Source of the DNA: Immundisolibacteraceae bacterium
GTDB lineage: Bacteria; Pseudomonadota; Gammaproteobacteria; Immundisolibacterales; Immundisolibacteraceae
Direction: 5' to 3'
Length of the DNA: 64,000 bases
NCBI GenBank assembly: GCA_052031065.1
Contig: JBPEXY010000261.1
Location: forward strand, 833 to 64,832
The notes beneath the pieces are model-generated. The model made no database searches and had not been told where the DNA came from. It was given only the letters and a program-made list of their open reading frames with translations. The translations under genes were made by a program, and so were the position numbers. Shown piece after piece: positions 9,765 through 20,399 of the stretch (positions are counted from its first letter, which is position 1; each line of letters starts with the position of its first letter).

Positions 9765-11096
9765 ATGCTTGCCAAAGAATCCTTCAGCCCCGCTGACTTC
9801 GAAAAACTGGTCGATGGCGAAAACGCCACCGCCAGCCGCCTGATTTTCAGCGACGAGGCCATCTTCCAGCTCGAACAGGAAAAGCTGTTCGCCAAAGCCT
9901 GGCTCTACATCGGCCACGAAACCGAGATTCCCAACGAGGGCGATTACGTCACCCGTAAAATGGCCACCGACCCGGTAATTCTGGTACGCGGTAGCAGTGG
10001 CGCCATACATGTGCTGCTCAACTCATGCCCCCACCGCGGAACGCTGGTCTGCAGTTCCGATGCGGGCAACAGCAAAGGTTTTGTATGCCCGTACCATGGC
10101 TGGGCTTTTGATCGCGACGGTACCCTTAAAGCAACTGCCGATGATATGGGGCTTTACGAAGGCAAAGTCGATTTTGCCACCCTGGGTCTGCGGTCAGTCG
10201 CAAAGGTAGACACCTACGCCGGGCTGATCTTCGCCACCTGGAACGAAAACGCACCGGAACTGGCCGACTATCTGGGCGATGCCCGCTGGTACCTGGATCT
10301 CTACCATAACCGTACCCCCGGTGGCATGGAGGTGCTTGGCGAGCCCCATCGCTGGGTGGTCAACACCAACTGGAAAACCGGGCCGATGAACTTCGGTGCC
10401 GACGGACCACATGCGGTTAAGGTGCACGGCCCGATTACCATGGCCACTTTCAAGGTACCCCCCGCTACCTTTCGCGATGCGCTGGTCGACAGCCCGGCGG
10501 TGAGCATGGGTAATGGCCACAACGGCATCGTCACCCAGATACCCGAGTCACTAAAAGGGATGGTGCCACCCTATTTCGGTTTTAATCCCGACCTGATTGA
10601 GCTCTACGAACAGCATCTGAGCCCGCAACAGTCGGAGTTAAACAGACATCTGCTGGCAGGTGTGCAGACCATGTTCCCCAATTTCTCGTCGGTCCAGGGT
10701 GCTGCTACCTTCGACCCTGAGGCGATGCCGGTGAACTTTCTTGCCATCCGTGTCTGGCAGCCGGTGTCGGCGACCCAAACGGAAATATGGAACTGGTTTC
10801 TGGTGGAAAAAGAGGCCTCTGAAGAGTGGAAAAAAGCCGCCATGCTTGCTGGCGTACGCACCTTTACCGCCGGCGGCACTTTCGATCAGGATGACGCCGA
10901 GGCCTGGGTAAGCATTGCCCGGGGTACGGAAGGCCATATGTCGCGCCAGGGCGATGTCAATTTTCAGATGGCCCTCGCCTATCGCGACAGAATCATCCCC
11001 GATTTCCCCGGACCCGGCCGCGCTTACCCCTCCAACTATGGCGAGGTGACAGAGTTCGACATCCTGCTGGAATGGCAAAAATATATGAGTCGTTAA
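9765..11096 (+). CDS. Aromatic ring-hydroxylating (Rieske) oxygenase alpha subunit
   Basis: 443 aa. It carries the Rieske CPHRG...CPYHGW motif and the mononuclear-Fe motif DGPHAVKVH. A GGAGAG RBS precedes it and a beta-subunit gene follows. Confidence 0.9.
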   Translation: MLAKESFSPADFEKLVDGENATASRLIFSDEAIFQLEQEKLFAKAWLYIGHETEIPNEGDYVTRKMATDPVILVRGSSGAIHVLLNSCPHRGTLVCSSDAGNSKGFVCPYHGWAFDRDGTLKATADDMGLYEGKVDFATLGLRSVAKVDTYAGLIFATWNENAPELADYLGDARWYLDLYHNRTPGGMEVLGEPHRWVVNTNWKTGPMNFGADGPHAVKVHGPITMATFKVPPATFRDALVDSPAVSMGNGHNGIVTQIPESLKGMVPPYFGFNPDLIELYEQHLSPQQSELNRHLLAGVQTMFPNFSSVQGAATFDPEAMPVNFLAIRVWQPVSATQTEIWNWFLVEKEASEEWKKAAMLAGVRTFTAGGTFDQDDAEAWVSIARGTEGHMSRQGDVNFQMALAYRDRIIPDFPGPGRAYPSNYGEVTEFDILLEWQKYMSR

Positions 11097-11149
11097 CCGC
11101 CGCCAGGCGACAGGGCTTCCATACCAGCACCCAATAAGGATATCGACAC

Positions 11150-11662
11150 ATGACCACCCCCGTAAACGAAACCGAATACCGCGAGCTTTCCGATTTCCTG
11201 TTTTACGAAGCGGAGTTGCTGAGTGAACAGGATTATGTCGGCTGGGAAAAACTACTCGCCGAAGATCTGCGCTACCACGTGCCCGTCCCCCAATATGAAG
11301 ACCCGGTGGGAGGTCGCAAGGTGGGCATGAGCAATGGCTATTTCGATGATGACATACAGAGCATGCGGGTTCGCCTCAAATTACTCAGCAGCCCACAGAC
11401 GACCACTTCCGAATATGTGCGCTCGCTGTTGAATCATGTGGTCACCAATGTGCGTGTCAGCCGCGTCAACGACACCGAATATGAGTGCCGCAGCTGCATC
11501 ACGGTTCATCGCACCCGCTTTTCGATGCCCGAACCGATCACCCTGTCGGGTCGGCGTCGGGACCTGATTCGACGCACCGATGATGGACTGAAACTGGTTA
11601 GCCGCGAGGTAAAGCTGGTCCATTCAACGCTGATGACCTCCAACATCAGCTATTTTTTCTGA
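11150..11662 (+). CDS. Ring-hydroxylating oxygenase beta (small, NTF2/SnoaL-like) subunit
   Basis: 170 aa. It has the N-terminal FLFYEAELLSEQDY motif characteristic of RHO beta subunits and sits directly downstream of an alpha gene. Confidence 0.85.
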   Translation: MTTPVNETEYRELSDFLFYEAELLSEQDYVGWEKLLAEDLRYHVPVPQYEDPVGGRKVGMSNGYFDDDIQSMRVRLKLLSSPQTTTSEYVRSLLNHVVTNVRVSRVNDTEYECRSCITVHRTRFSMPEPITLSGRRRDLIRRTDDGLKLVSREVKLVHSTLMTSNISYFF

Positions 11663-11834
11663 GATGCACTGAAAGACAAGATTGGTGGAACTGACCGCAC
11701 CGACCGGTCCATCCAGAGCAGGCACGAGATCAGAAGCAATCAGACAGCGGTAGATACTTACACCGAAACAGGCTCAGGCCCCCACAAGCTCCACCAGCTC
11801 AAATAAACCAGCGAGAGCAGGCCATAATAGGCAC

Positions 11835-13478
11835 ATGACCATTCTCGACTGGACGGTTGTAGCGCTCTACCTGCTGGCGATGCTGGCCATGGCCCTCTGG
11901 CTGGCGCGCAGCCAGCACAATCGCGAAGACTATTACGCCGGTGGTCACCGCACCGGTGCCTGGCCCATCGCGCTATCCACTATGGCTACCCAATGTTCCA
12001 CCAGTAGCCTGCTCGGCGCGCCGGCATTCGTCGCATTTTCCGCCGGTGGCGGGCTGGTCTGGCTCCAGTATGAGCTGGCCCTGCCGCTGGCGATGATTCC
12101 GGTGATGCTGTTTCTGCTACCGACCTTTCGCCGCCTCGGCCTGATATCTGTTTACCACTACCTGGAACTGCGGTTCGGCACAACCACCCGTATCGTGCTG
12201 AGCAGCCTGTTTCAGCTGATTCGCGCCTTCGCCACCGGCGTCATCGTCTACGCGACCGCGCTGGTGCTGGAGAAACTGCTCGCCATCCCGTTCTGGGCGG
12301 CGGTACTGCTGTTTGGCGCAGTCACCGTGGTTTATGACGTGATTGGCGGGATCCGCGCTGTCATCTACAGCGATGTGGTGCAGATGAGCATACTGTTTCT
12401 GCTCATCCTGCTGATGTTCTTTATCGCCATGGATGCCGTAGGCGGCTGGCAACAGATGTGGCAGCTGTTTCCGGACCACCGCCGTCAAACCCTCAACCTT
12501 ACCGGCAACGGACTCACTGACGGCACCGATTTCGCTTTCTGGCCAATGATGGTTGGTGGCCTGCTACTCTACGTCGCCTACTACGGCTGCGATCAGAGCC
12601 AGGTACAGCGCGAACTCTCTTCAAAGGATGTCGACACTACGAACATGGCCCTGTTTCTTAATGGGCTACTGCGGTTTCCACTGGTACTCAGCTACTGTCT
12701 ACTCGGTGTCGCCATCGGCGCCTACGCAACCGCCCATCCCGAGTTCATCGAGCTGTTACCCGGCCACCAGGTGATGGTCAATGACGAACTGCGGGAAAGC
12801 CCCAACTATACCCTTGCAGTACCGGTGTTCATTCTTGAACATTTTCCAGCCGGTCTGGTCGGCCTCGCATTTGTTGCCCTGTTCGCCGCTGCCATGTCCT
12901 CCCTCGACTCGGTGATCAATTCGTTGAGCGCCGCCACCATGGAAGACCTGCTCCGCCGTTTCTGGCCGCAACGGGTCACCCCACAGCGGGAGCTGCTCTA
13001 TTCCCGGCTACTCACCCTGTTCTGGGGTGCCGTCACCATGAGTGCAGCTTTCTTTGTCGGCTCGATTTCGGATTCGGTACTGGTTTCGATCAACAAGATC
13101 AGCTCGATGATCAACGGCCCGATACTGGGAGTGTTTCTACTCGGCGTTCTTACCCACCGCACCACCGAGGCAGGCGTCCTCGTCGGCCTTGCCGCCGGGT
13201 TTGCCACCAACCTCACCATCGCCCTGCTGTTACCGCAGGTCTCCTGGCTCTGGTGGAACGCCAGCGGACTACTGGCCACCGCCGCCGGGGGGTTGTTTGC
13301 TAGCAGCCTGCAACCCATGCGGCCAACAAGCCGGCCAGAACTGGTTTGGTCAGCAGATACACGCAGCTGGCTCGGCGTTCAGCGCAACTGGAATCGCTAC
13401 TATCTGATCCTGCTGCTCTGGAGCTTCGGTATGCTGCTTTTGTTGGTGTTGCTGCCCGGAATTACTGCCCGTTATTAA
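11835..13478 (+). CDS. Sodium:solute symporter (SSS) family transporter
   Basis: 547 aa and highly hydrophobic, with roughly 13 TM helices. It has the SSS-type motif YYGCDQSQVQR. Confidence 0.8.
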   Translation: MTILDWTVVALYLLAMLAMALWLARSQHNREDYYAGGHRTGAWPIALSTMATQCSTSSLLGAPAFVAFSAGGGLVWLQYELALPLAMIPVMLFLLPTFRRLGLISVYHYLELRFGTTTRIVLSSLFQLIRAFATGVIVYATALVLEKLLAIPFWAAVLLFGAVTVVYDVIGGIRAVIYSDVVQMSILFLLILLMFFIAMDAVGGWQQMWQLFPDHRRQTLNLTGNGLTDGTDFAFWPMMVGGLLLYVAYYGCDQSQVQRELSSKDVDTTNMALFLNGLLRFPLVLSYCLLGVAIGAYATAHPEFIELLPGHQVMVNDELRESPNYTLAVPVFILEHFPAGLVGLAFVALFAAAMSSLDSVINSLSAATMEDLLRRFWPQRVTPQRELLYSRLLTLFWGAVTMSAAFFVGSISDSVLVSINKISSMINGPILGVFLLGVLTHRTTEAGVLVGLAAGFATNLTIALLLPQVSWLWWNASGLLATAAGGLFASSLQPMRPTSRPELVWSADTRSWLGVQRNWNRYYLILLLWSFGMLLLLVLLPGITARY

Positions 13479-13773
13479 CTAACGCGTAATAGGGACCACG
13501 CCGGATGATCTTAATTAGACCCGGTCGCGCTTTTCTACTCCAACTTCATACCAAGACAGGGCACCAATCAGCAACCTGCCTCGTGCTTTTGGGCTCTGCA
13601 CTTGTCCCACGACGGCGTGATCACCCCGATTTTCATCAATCAAGCCACGAGAACCGGCTAAAGATTGCCATAGTCAGTAACTCTAGTCGTGATCACTAAA
13701 TTGAAACCATTAGTTGCCGAACATTGTGTTATGGATACACTCATAACGTCAGAGCGAGGAAGCGGGGTAGCTG

Positions 13774-14154
13774 ATGCCAATTTCAGTACTATGGCTAGAG
13801 GAGCATCACGGCGTGCAATTTACGGGTAGCGGTCTGGTGACCGGTGCGGAGTGCCTGCGCGCCAACCGGGAAGTGATCAAGGACTCCCGGTTGGCAACGC
13901 TAAGACTACAGATCGTTGATCTTACTGCGGTAGAGCGATACGAGATCAGCGCTGCGGAATCCCGCAACCTGGCGGCCATGGATAGCCAGGCGGCGGCAAT
14001 AGCCTCTGGGGTTCGGGTTGCGATGATCTGCCCTGACGACCTGGTGTATGGTATGTCACGCCTCTACGCGGGTCACGCTTCTCCCGACTGGCAGGTTGAG
14101 GTATTCCGTCACCGTGAAGAGGCATTACAGTGGCTCGGACTGGAACAAAGTTAG
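13774..14154 (+). CDS. Hypothetical protein (possible STAS/SpoIIAA-like fold)
   Basis: 126-aa ORF with a GAGGAAG RBS region and no recognisable catalytic motif. Its 3' end overlaps the convergent RND gene by 4 nt. Confidence 0.45.
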   Translation: MPISVLWLEEHHGVQFTGSGLVTGAECLRANREVIKDSRLATLRLQIVDLTAVERYEISAAESRNLAAMDSQAAAIASGVRVAMICPDDLVYGMSRLYAGHASPDWQVEVFRHREEALQWLGLEQS

Positions 14155-17100
14155 CTTCCATTCCCGATTGGGCGATCCATTTCCCGTTGGTTGTTCCAGG
14201 TTGAACGCTTCAGCCGCTCACCGGCATTGAGCAGCAACGATAACAGCGACGGCATGAAGGTCAGTGTCAGCAGCGTTGAAGCGAGCAGCCCAAACAGAAC
14301 AATGATTCCCAGCCCTCGATAAAGCTCGGTCCCCGCTCTTGGCAGGAACACCAACGGCGCCAGTCCGCCCAGGGTAGTAAAGGTGGTCATCATGATCGGC
14401 CGTACCCGACTACGGGTGCTCTCAATCACCGACTGGGCAATCTCCATCCCCGCGCGGCGGTGTCGCAACGCCTGTTCCACCAGCAGAATCGGATTGTTCA
14501 CCACCACCCCGATCAGCACCAGAAAGCCAAGCATGGTGATCATGTCGAACGGTTGGCGCACTCCCGGCAGCAGGTTCATCAGCCAGAGGCCAAATATACC
14601 GCCGGCAATACCCAACGGTACCGTCAGCATGATGATCAATGGATAACCCCAGTGGCGGAAAATGGCCACCATCAGCAGGTAGGCCAATAGCACCGCCAGC
14701 GCCATGTTGCCGCCCAGGGCGGCGCGGGTCGCCTTCAGCTTGTCGCTGGCACCGGCTATTTTCAGATCGATACCCGCCGGGAGCCCCTCAGCAGTCAGTG
14801 CTTCCACCACTTCCGCCTGCACCTTCTCCACCGCCGTTTCCAGGGGCATCTCTCGTGGCGCGACGATTGACAGGGTGATGGTACGCTCGCCGTTGACGCG
14901 GCGGATGGTCTCGGTGTTAACCGTCTGCTCGACTCGGGCCACCGCGCTGAGCGGGATTACCTCTCCACGGCCGGTGAAAATCGGCAGGTTGGCAATGTCC
15001 CCGGGGCGACCAACAGCGCCGCTGGTGCTATAGATGTAGATATCGATCTTGTCGTCAGCTTCGTAGTAGTCGTCGTGGTAAGCGCCATCGGCAAGCGCCC
15101 AGACCAGATAGCCCAGCTCATCCGCGCCAACATCAAGCTCCGCAGCCCGTTCCCAGTCGGGGCGGATCTCCACCATCGGCTGACCGAGGCTGAGAGCCGC
15201 CGGTGACGGCTTGATCTGAGGATCATTGAGCACCTCCTTACTGCGCAAAAACGCCTGCAGGCCGACAGCAAACAGCGGCTGCAGATCGGGGCCGCTGATC
15301 TCCAGGTCCATACTCCGTGTACCGCCTTCATTACCGGAAAATATCGATCCGCGGGTGGAGAAGGAGATCATGCCGGGAAAATCAGCATTGCGTTCGGTGA
15401 TGATGTCGATCATCGCGTCGATATCACGCGGGTCGGTGGTGCCGCCGATCATGAACACGTTAGCCGGGCTGGCAGTGCTCAACAGCCAGCGCACCGAGGG
15501 AGCATTACGCTCACCAGAGTGGAACAGTTGCGGGTCCTGCCCCACCTCTTGGACAAACGGATCGAGCATGCGCTCTTCAACATCAATCATCTGCTGCAGG
15601 TTATAGCCGGGTGGCGAGAACATCAGCGTAAAGGTGACCGGCTCTTCACCCTCCGGCAAATACTCCGCTTTTGGCGTGAGCTGCCAAACCAGCCCGATGG
15701 CCACGACCAGCACTGCCGCAATCAGGATCACCTGTCGCTCCAGTCCCAGCATCAACCATTCGACAAAGGCCATCAGCCGCTGGCTAAAACCTCGTGCCAA
15801 CCGTGCCAACAAACCATCAGCGGAACCGGGTCCTTCGCCAGTGTCAGCCGTGAGATTGGCACTGGCGGAAGGCACCAGAGTAATGGCCACCAACATGGAA
15901 AAAATAATCGATGCGGAAATGGCAATAGCAATATCTGAATAGAGCTGCCCCACTTCTTCCTGCATGGTGATCAGCGGTACAAACACAAACACGGTGGTCA
16001 GGGTCGAGGCAAGTACGGCAGTCCAGACTTCGCTGACCCCCGCCAGCGCTGCTTCAAACCGCTTTTTACCCTGCTGGCGGTGGCGGTGGATGTTCTCCAG
16101 CACCACAATGCTGTTATCGAGGGTCATACCGATAGCAAAGGCGACGCCGGCAAGGGAAATCACATTAATGGTGCGGCCGGTCACCAGCAGTCCGAGAAAT
16201 GCGGCAATGGTGCAGACGGGTATACCCATCGCCCCAATCAGCGTAGCGCTGCCAGAACGCAGAAACAGATAGAGCACAGCGAGTGCCAGCAGCGCACCCA
16301 GCAGCAGGTTGGAAGCGATCACGCCAACCGACTCGCCGATGTAAATGGTGTCGGCATGCAGAAAGCGCAGATAGAGACCACGCGGTTGCATCAGTCGCGG
16401 GTTGATACTGGTCTCGACAGTCTCGGCAACTGCGTCGGCCACCGCCATGATGTTGGCACCACGCTGTCGTTTGATGCTAACCATCATTCCGGGATCACCG
16501 TTATAGCGTGATTCATTACGCTGTTCAGCAACCGTCATCTGCGCGTAGCCAAGGTCACGCAGGTAGATCAGCTCCCCATCGCGCTCGGCAATGATGGTGT
16601 TTTCGATATCATCGATGGATTGAAAACGGCCTAACGTTCGCACCAGATAACGGCGCTTGCCAGCATCCAGATCACCACCAGAGACATCTCGATTACGTTT
16701 CAGCAGCGCCTGTCGAAACTGCCCCAGAGTAATGCGTCGCTGGGCCAGTTTTGCCGGGTCAACATAGATGCGCACCTGGCGGTTCATGCCACCATCAATG
16801 CGTACTTCAGAGACCCCGGGAACCCGTTCTATCGCTGTTTTTACATGGTCTTCGATATAGTCGAGCTGGGTCTGGATATCGACATTGAGGGGATTACCGG
16901 CCGCCGGCTCGATGATGTAGAAGATGAACCAGTTATCAGAAAAAGCCGAGGTGAGAATACGCGGTTCGTCGACATTTTCCGGATACTCCTCCACCTGAGT
17001 CAGAGCATTATTGGTGCGAATCAGCGCTTCGTTAATGTCAGTACCAAGCGCAAACTCCAGCTCCACCACCGCCATACCGGTATTCGCCAGGGAGGTCATT

Positions 17101-17330
17101 TTCTGTAACGCCGGCAGAGTACGCAGGTACTCCTCCTGCTCGACAATGATCTCCCGTTCCACATCCTGAGGCGTTGCCCCAGGCCAGACAGTTTCCACTG
17201 TCAGCGTGGTCATATCCATATCCGGGATCATCTGAATCGGTACCCGGAAAATAGCGACCAGCCCGAGTACACAGACCACCAGCACTGCTACCGCAACGAT
17301 GACCCCATTATTGATTGCAGCACGAAACAC
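14151..17330 (-). CDS. RND efflux transporter permease (AcrB/HAE family)
   Basis: 1059 aa. It shows the 12-TM architecture with two large periplasmic loops. It lies 12 nt downstream of an adaptor-subunit gene. Confidence 0.92.
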   Translation of the reverse strand: MFRAAINNGVIVAVAVLVVCVLGLVAIFRVPIQMIPDMDMTTLTVETVWPGATPQDVEREIIVEQEEYLRTLPALQKMTSLANTGMAVVELEFALGTDINEALIRTNNALTQVEEYPENVDEPRILTSAFSDNWFIFYIIEPAAGNPLNVDIQTQLDYIEDHVKTAIERVPGVSEVRIDGGMNRQVRIYVDPAKLAQRRITLGQFRQALLKRNRDVSGGDLDAGKRRYLVRTLGRFQSIDDIENTIIAERDGELIYLRDLGYAQMTVAEQRNESRYNGDPGMMVSIKRQRGANIMAVADAVAETVETSINPRLMQPRGLYLRFLHADTIYIGESVGVIASNLLLGALLALAVLYLFLRSGSATLIGAMGIPVCTIAAFLGLLVTGRTINVISLAGVAFAIGMTLDNSIVVLENIHRHRQQGKKRFEAALAGVSEVWTAVLASTLTTVFVFVPLITMQEEVGQLYSDIAIAISASIIFSMLVAITLVPSASANLTADTGEGPGSADGLLARLARGFSQRLMAFVEWLMLGLERQVILIAAVLVVAIGLVWQLTPKAEYLPEGEEPVTFTLMFSPPGYNLQQMIDVEERMLDPFVQEVGQDPQLFHSGERNAPSVRWLLSTASPANVFMIGGTTDPRDIDAMIDIITERNADFPGMISFSTRGSIFSGNEGGTRSMDLEISGPDLQPLFAVGLQAFLRSKEVLNDPQIKPSPAALSLGQPMVEIRPDWERAAELDVGADELGYLVWALADGAYHDDYYEADDKIDIYIYSTSGAVGRPGDIANLPIFTGRGEVIPLSAVARVEQTVNTETIRRVNGERTITLSIVAPREMPLETAVEKVQAEVVEALTAEGLPAGIDLKIAGASDKLKATRAALGGNMALAVLLAYLLMVAIFRHWGYPLIIMLTVPLGIAGGIFGLWLMNLLPGVRQPFDMITMLGFLVLIGVVVNNPILLVEQALRHRRAGMEIAQSVIESTRSRVRPIMMTTFTTLGGLAPLVFLPRAGTELYRGLGIIVLFGLLASTLLTLTFMPSLLSLLLNAGERLKRSTWNNQREMDRPIGNGS

Positions 17331-17342
17331 GAGATGGTGACT

Positions 17343-18431
17343 CTAGTGCTGGGCAAGAATGCGTACAGGCAGCTGCGGACGCATGCGCTCATTGCCCTGC
17401 TCAACCACCCGGTCACCGGCAGCAACCGGACCGGCAATAATCTCCACCCGCTCCCCCAGACTTCGTCCAAGTCTGACCGGAGCCGGTACCGCCCGCAGCA
17501 GTTCTCCATCCTCTACGATTTTCCAGAGCAGAATGGTGCCGTCGGGCCGGCGCACCACGGCATCCACCTTGACCTGTAGAACCGGTTTGTCACCACCCGC
17601 AAGAGTGATATGGGCCTGCGCCGACATCCCCGGTGCCAACCGGTTTTGCGGATTATCCAGGTCGATCAGTATGGGGAAGGTACGACTGGCAGGATTTGCG
17701 GAGGCCACCTTGCGGGTCACCTGCGCATTCACACTCTCACCGGGCAGCGCCGCAAATTCAAGGCGGACCTTCGCCCCCTCATCTACCTGGTCAAAATAGT
17801 TCTGCGGCACCGGCACAGTCACTCTCAGCACCGCTGTTTCTTCGAGCAGCAGCAGCGGATCTCCAGGGCGCACCCAGCTCCCCAGCTCGGTCTGCTTACG
17901 ACTTACCACCCCGGCAAAGGGGGCGTTAACGGTGTGACGTGCCAATTCATCGGCAGTCAGGGCGACGCTGGCACGAGCTGCGGTAAGGTCGGCTGCGGCA
18001 CGCTGCAATTCCGCTCTGGCAACATCGTAGCTATCCTGCGCCGCCGCCTGAGACTGCAACAGCTCCGCCTGGCGCTTCTCTTTTAAACCGGCGAGATGAA
18101 CGTCGGCCTCGGCGCGCTGTTGACGCGCCTGTTGAAATTCGGCGGTGAGTCGGATGGGTTGATCCCGCAGACGCAACAGCGGCTCGCCCTGATCGACCCG
18201 CTCACCTTCATCGACCAGCATCTCGCTGACCATGCCGGCGATTTCTACAGAGATCAGCGTGTGTCGACGCGACTCCACCGAGGCCGAGAGCATCAGCTGT
18301 GCCGGCAACGGGGCAGATTCCACCGACACCACTGTTATCGGCGCAGTACCCTCGGCAGCCACCATCCGGCAGCAGAACAGCTGCGTCAGAGCACAACAGA
18401 CTACTGCCAACCAGCGACTTCGGCTCTCCAT
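17343..18431 (-). CDS. RND efflux periplasmic adaptor (MFP) subunit
   Basis: It has a signal-like N-terminus, an A/Q/R/E-rich coiled-coil hairpin and beta-barrel segments. I moved the start to the ATG at 18431 (MESRSRW...), which has a GGAGGAG RBS; the ORF-track start is 18455. Confidence 0.85.
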   Translation of the reverse strand: MESRSRWLAVVCCALTQLFCCRMVAAEGTAPITVVSVESAPLPAQLMLSASVESRRHTLISVEIAGMVSEMLVDEGERVDQGEPLLRLRDQPIRLTAEFQQARQQRAEADVHLAGLKEKRQAELLQSQAAAQDSYDVARAELQRAAADLTAARASVALTADELARHTVNAPFAGVVSRKQTELGSWVRPGDPLLLLEETAVLRVTVPVPQNYFDQVDEGAKVRLEFAALPGESVNAQVTRKVASANPASRTFPILIDLDNPQNRLAPGMSAQAHITLAGGDKPVLQVKVDAVVRRPDGTILLWKIVEDGELLRAVPAPVRLGRSLGERVEIIAGPVAAGDRVVEQGNERMRPQLPVRILAQH

Positions 18432-18550
18432 TTCTCCTCCGTTGATTGTGGCCATTCATTACACATGTGCCAATCCAGCACACTATTGATGAACGCCGCC
18501 CGGCTCTCCCCCTGACAATTACCGATTATTATTCTGTTTATGTCCCGCGA

Positions 18551-18991
18551 CTACCCCTCGTACCGCACTGTCAACACGGCGCAGGGTGCACACCGCACCA
18601 CATATTCTGCGGTACTGCCCAGCAGCAGATGTTTCAGGCCGGTATAACCGTGGGTACCGATGACGATGAGATCCGATGACTGGGCAGACGCACACTTCAC
18701 CAGCTCGGTGCCGGCATGGCCGTGAAGCACAATCGGCGTTTCGCGGTGGCAGTTGGCCAGATGGGTATCACTCAGCAGCGCCAGCCGCTCCATCGCCCGG
18801 TCTTCAACATCGGGGTCAAAAGTCGCCCCCATACTCAGTTCCGCCGGCATCGGTACCGGCTCGATCACGTAGGCCGGCAGCACCACCGCATCAAACAGAG
18901 TCGCCATTTCCGCCGCGTAGGTGAGCGCCTTAACGGCAGGATCTGAAAAATCGACCGGTACAAGTATGTTCTGGATTTCAACTCTGTTCAT
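18551..18991 (-). CDS. Universal stress protein (UspA family)
   Basis: 146 aa. It begins ILVPVDFS and carries the C-terminal ATP motif GTHGYTGLKHLLLGSTAE. Confidence 0.88.
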   Translation of the reverse strand: MNRVEIQNILVPVDFSDPAVKALTYAAEMATLFDAVVLPAYVIEPVPMPAELSMGATFDPDVEDRAMERLALLSDTHLANCHRETPIVLHGHAGTELVKCASAQSSDLIVIGTHGYTGLKHLLLGSTAEYVVRCAPCAVLTVRYEG

Positions 18992-19025
18992 CTCTACTTA
19001 CCCTCTTCTGGCGTTACGTTAAGTA

Positions 19026-19481
19026 TTAGCTATCGTCCCTGTCCCTGATCGGGCCGACCGTCATTACCGGGCAGGTGGCGCCCCGCACTACCCGCTCTGC
19101 CTTGCTACCCAGAAGCAGATGACGCAGCCCCGAATGGCCGTGAGTACCCATGACGATCAGATCCACAGCCCGTTCGCTGGCCACCTCAATGATCGTGGCC
19201 GAAGCCTCCCCTTCAGCAACCATGGTGTTCGCCTCAACTCCATGACGCACTTCAGCGGCGACAAGCGCTTCAAGCTTCTTCTCTGCAAGGGCAGTCTGAT
19301 TGGCGTCGATAATCGCAGCGGCGTTGAATTCCATCGGCGCGACTACCGGCTCTACGACATAAAGCAGGGTTAAATCGGCACCCGAGCGGTGCGCCAGCTC
19401 CTCCGCATGAGCCAAAGCCCCAAGCGATGCAGTAGAAAAGTCAACGGGTACCAGGATGTGGGTAACTGCTGCTGTCTTCAT
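19026..19481 (-). CDS. Universal stress protein (UspA family)
   Basis: 151 aa. It begins ILVPVDFS and carries the motif GTHGHSGLRHLLLGSKAE. It is a tandem paralog of the preceding gene. Confidence 0.88.
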   Translation of the reverse strand: MKTAAVTHILVPVDFSTASLGALAHAEELAHRSGADLTLLYVVEPVVAPMEFNAAAIIDANQTALAEKKLEALVAAEVRHGVEANTMVAEGEASATIIEVASERAVDLIVMGTHGHSGLRHLLLGSKAERVVRGATCPVMTVGPIRDRDDS

Positions 19482-19632
19482 AACGCCCCCTTGTCGATTT
19501 AGTGAGTGAAGATGGAACCGCGGTTATAAATACTCCCCGCCTTCTACCTTCATGATGTTCCGTATCTCTACGCGACACAAGTTGATCCCGCTCAAGGCCC
19601 AACACGCAACCCCTGTCAATCACCCCCGCTAA

Positions 19633-20247
19633 TCAACTGGAAGAGCTCCGCCGCAGCTGATGGTCATGACAGCGGCCTAGCGCAATGATGCCCATCAGAG
19701 AGCCGAGCAGTGCCATCGCCATATCCGACTGGGTATCCCAAACATAACCCTGGGTACCGAGAAAAGCATCCGCCGCGGTCTCGCTAAAAACTGCCACCCA
19801 CCACTCAATCAGTTCGTAGAACGCGCTGACCGCGAGCGCAAAACAGAGCAGAAAAAAATTCAACCAGCCGCCTCTGGCCAACACCCGCACCCTTAGTATC
19901 ACCTCGCGCGCAACCAGTGTTGGCACCAGCCCCTGGAACAGATGCCCCAGCTTGTCGTAATGATTTCGCTGCAGGTCAAGCAGTTCCATAAACCAGTCAC
20001 CAAACGGCACCCGAGCATAAGTGTAGTGCCCGCCAACCAGCAGAACCACGCAATGGATAAGAACAAGCTGGTAAACCAATGGCGTGAGCTGAAAATTACG
20101 CCGCGTACGAGCCAGAACCAGGGCAGCCACCACTGCCGGTAACACCTCAAGAACCCATATATACCGGTCGTAGGGATTCCAGCCGGACCAGAACAATACC
20201 GCACCAAAGACCACGACCCACATGGATACAGAAGCCGACAATTTCAT
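19633..20247 (-). CDS. DUF2238 (YjdF-like) inner-membrane protein
   Basis: 204 aa with about 6 TM helices. It has the motifs GGHYTYARVPFG and RNHYDKLGHLFQG that I recall from the YjdF/DUF2238 family. Confidence 0.65.
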   Translation of the reverse strand: MKLSASVSMWVVVFGAVLFWSGWNPYDRYIWVLEVLPAVVAALVLARTRRNFQLTPLVYQLVLIHCVVLLVGGHYTYARVPFGDWFMELLDLQRNHYDKLGHLFQGLVPTLVAREVILRVRVLARGGWLNFFLLCFALAVSAFYELIEWWVAVFSETAADAFLGTQGYVWDTQSDMAMALLGSLMGIIALGRCHDHQLRRSSSS

Positions 20248-20399
20248 CTTTCCAGCCTACTCTGATTGTTGATTTCGCGGGGTGCAAACTGCCCAAAACA
20301 ACATTTCTTTTTGCTCCCGCGACTACAGAGGGTCAAAATAGCGCTCCTGCACAGAGTAGAAATTGACCACCGCGCGATTCAGATGATGAGGAGATCAGT

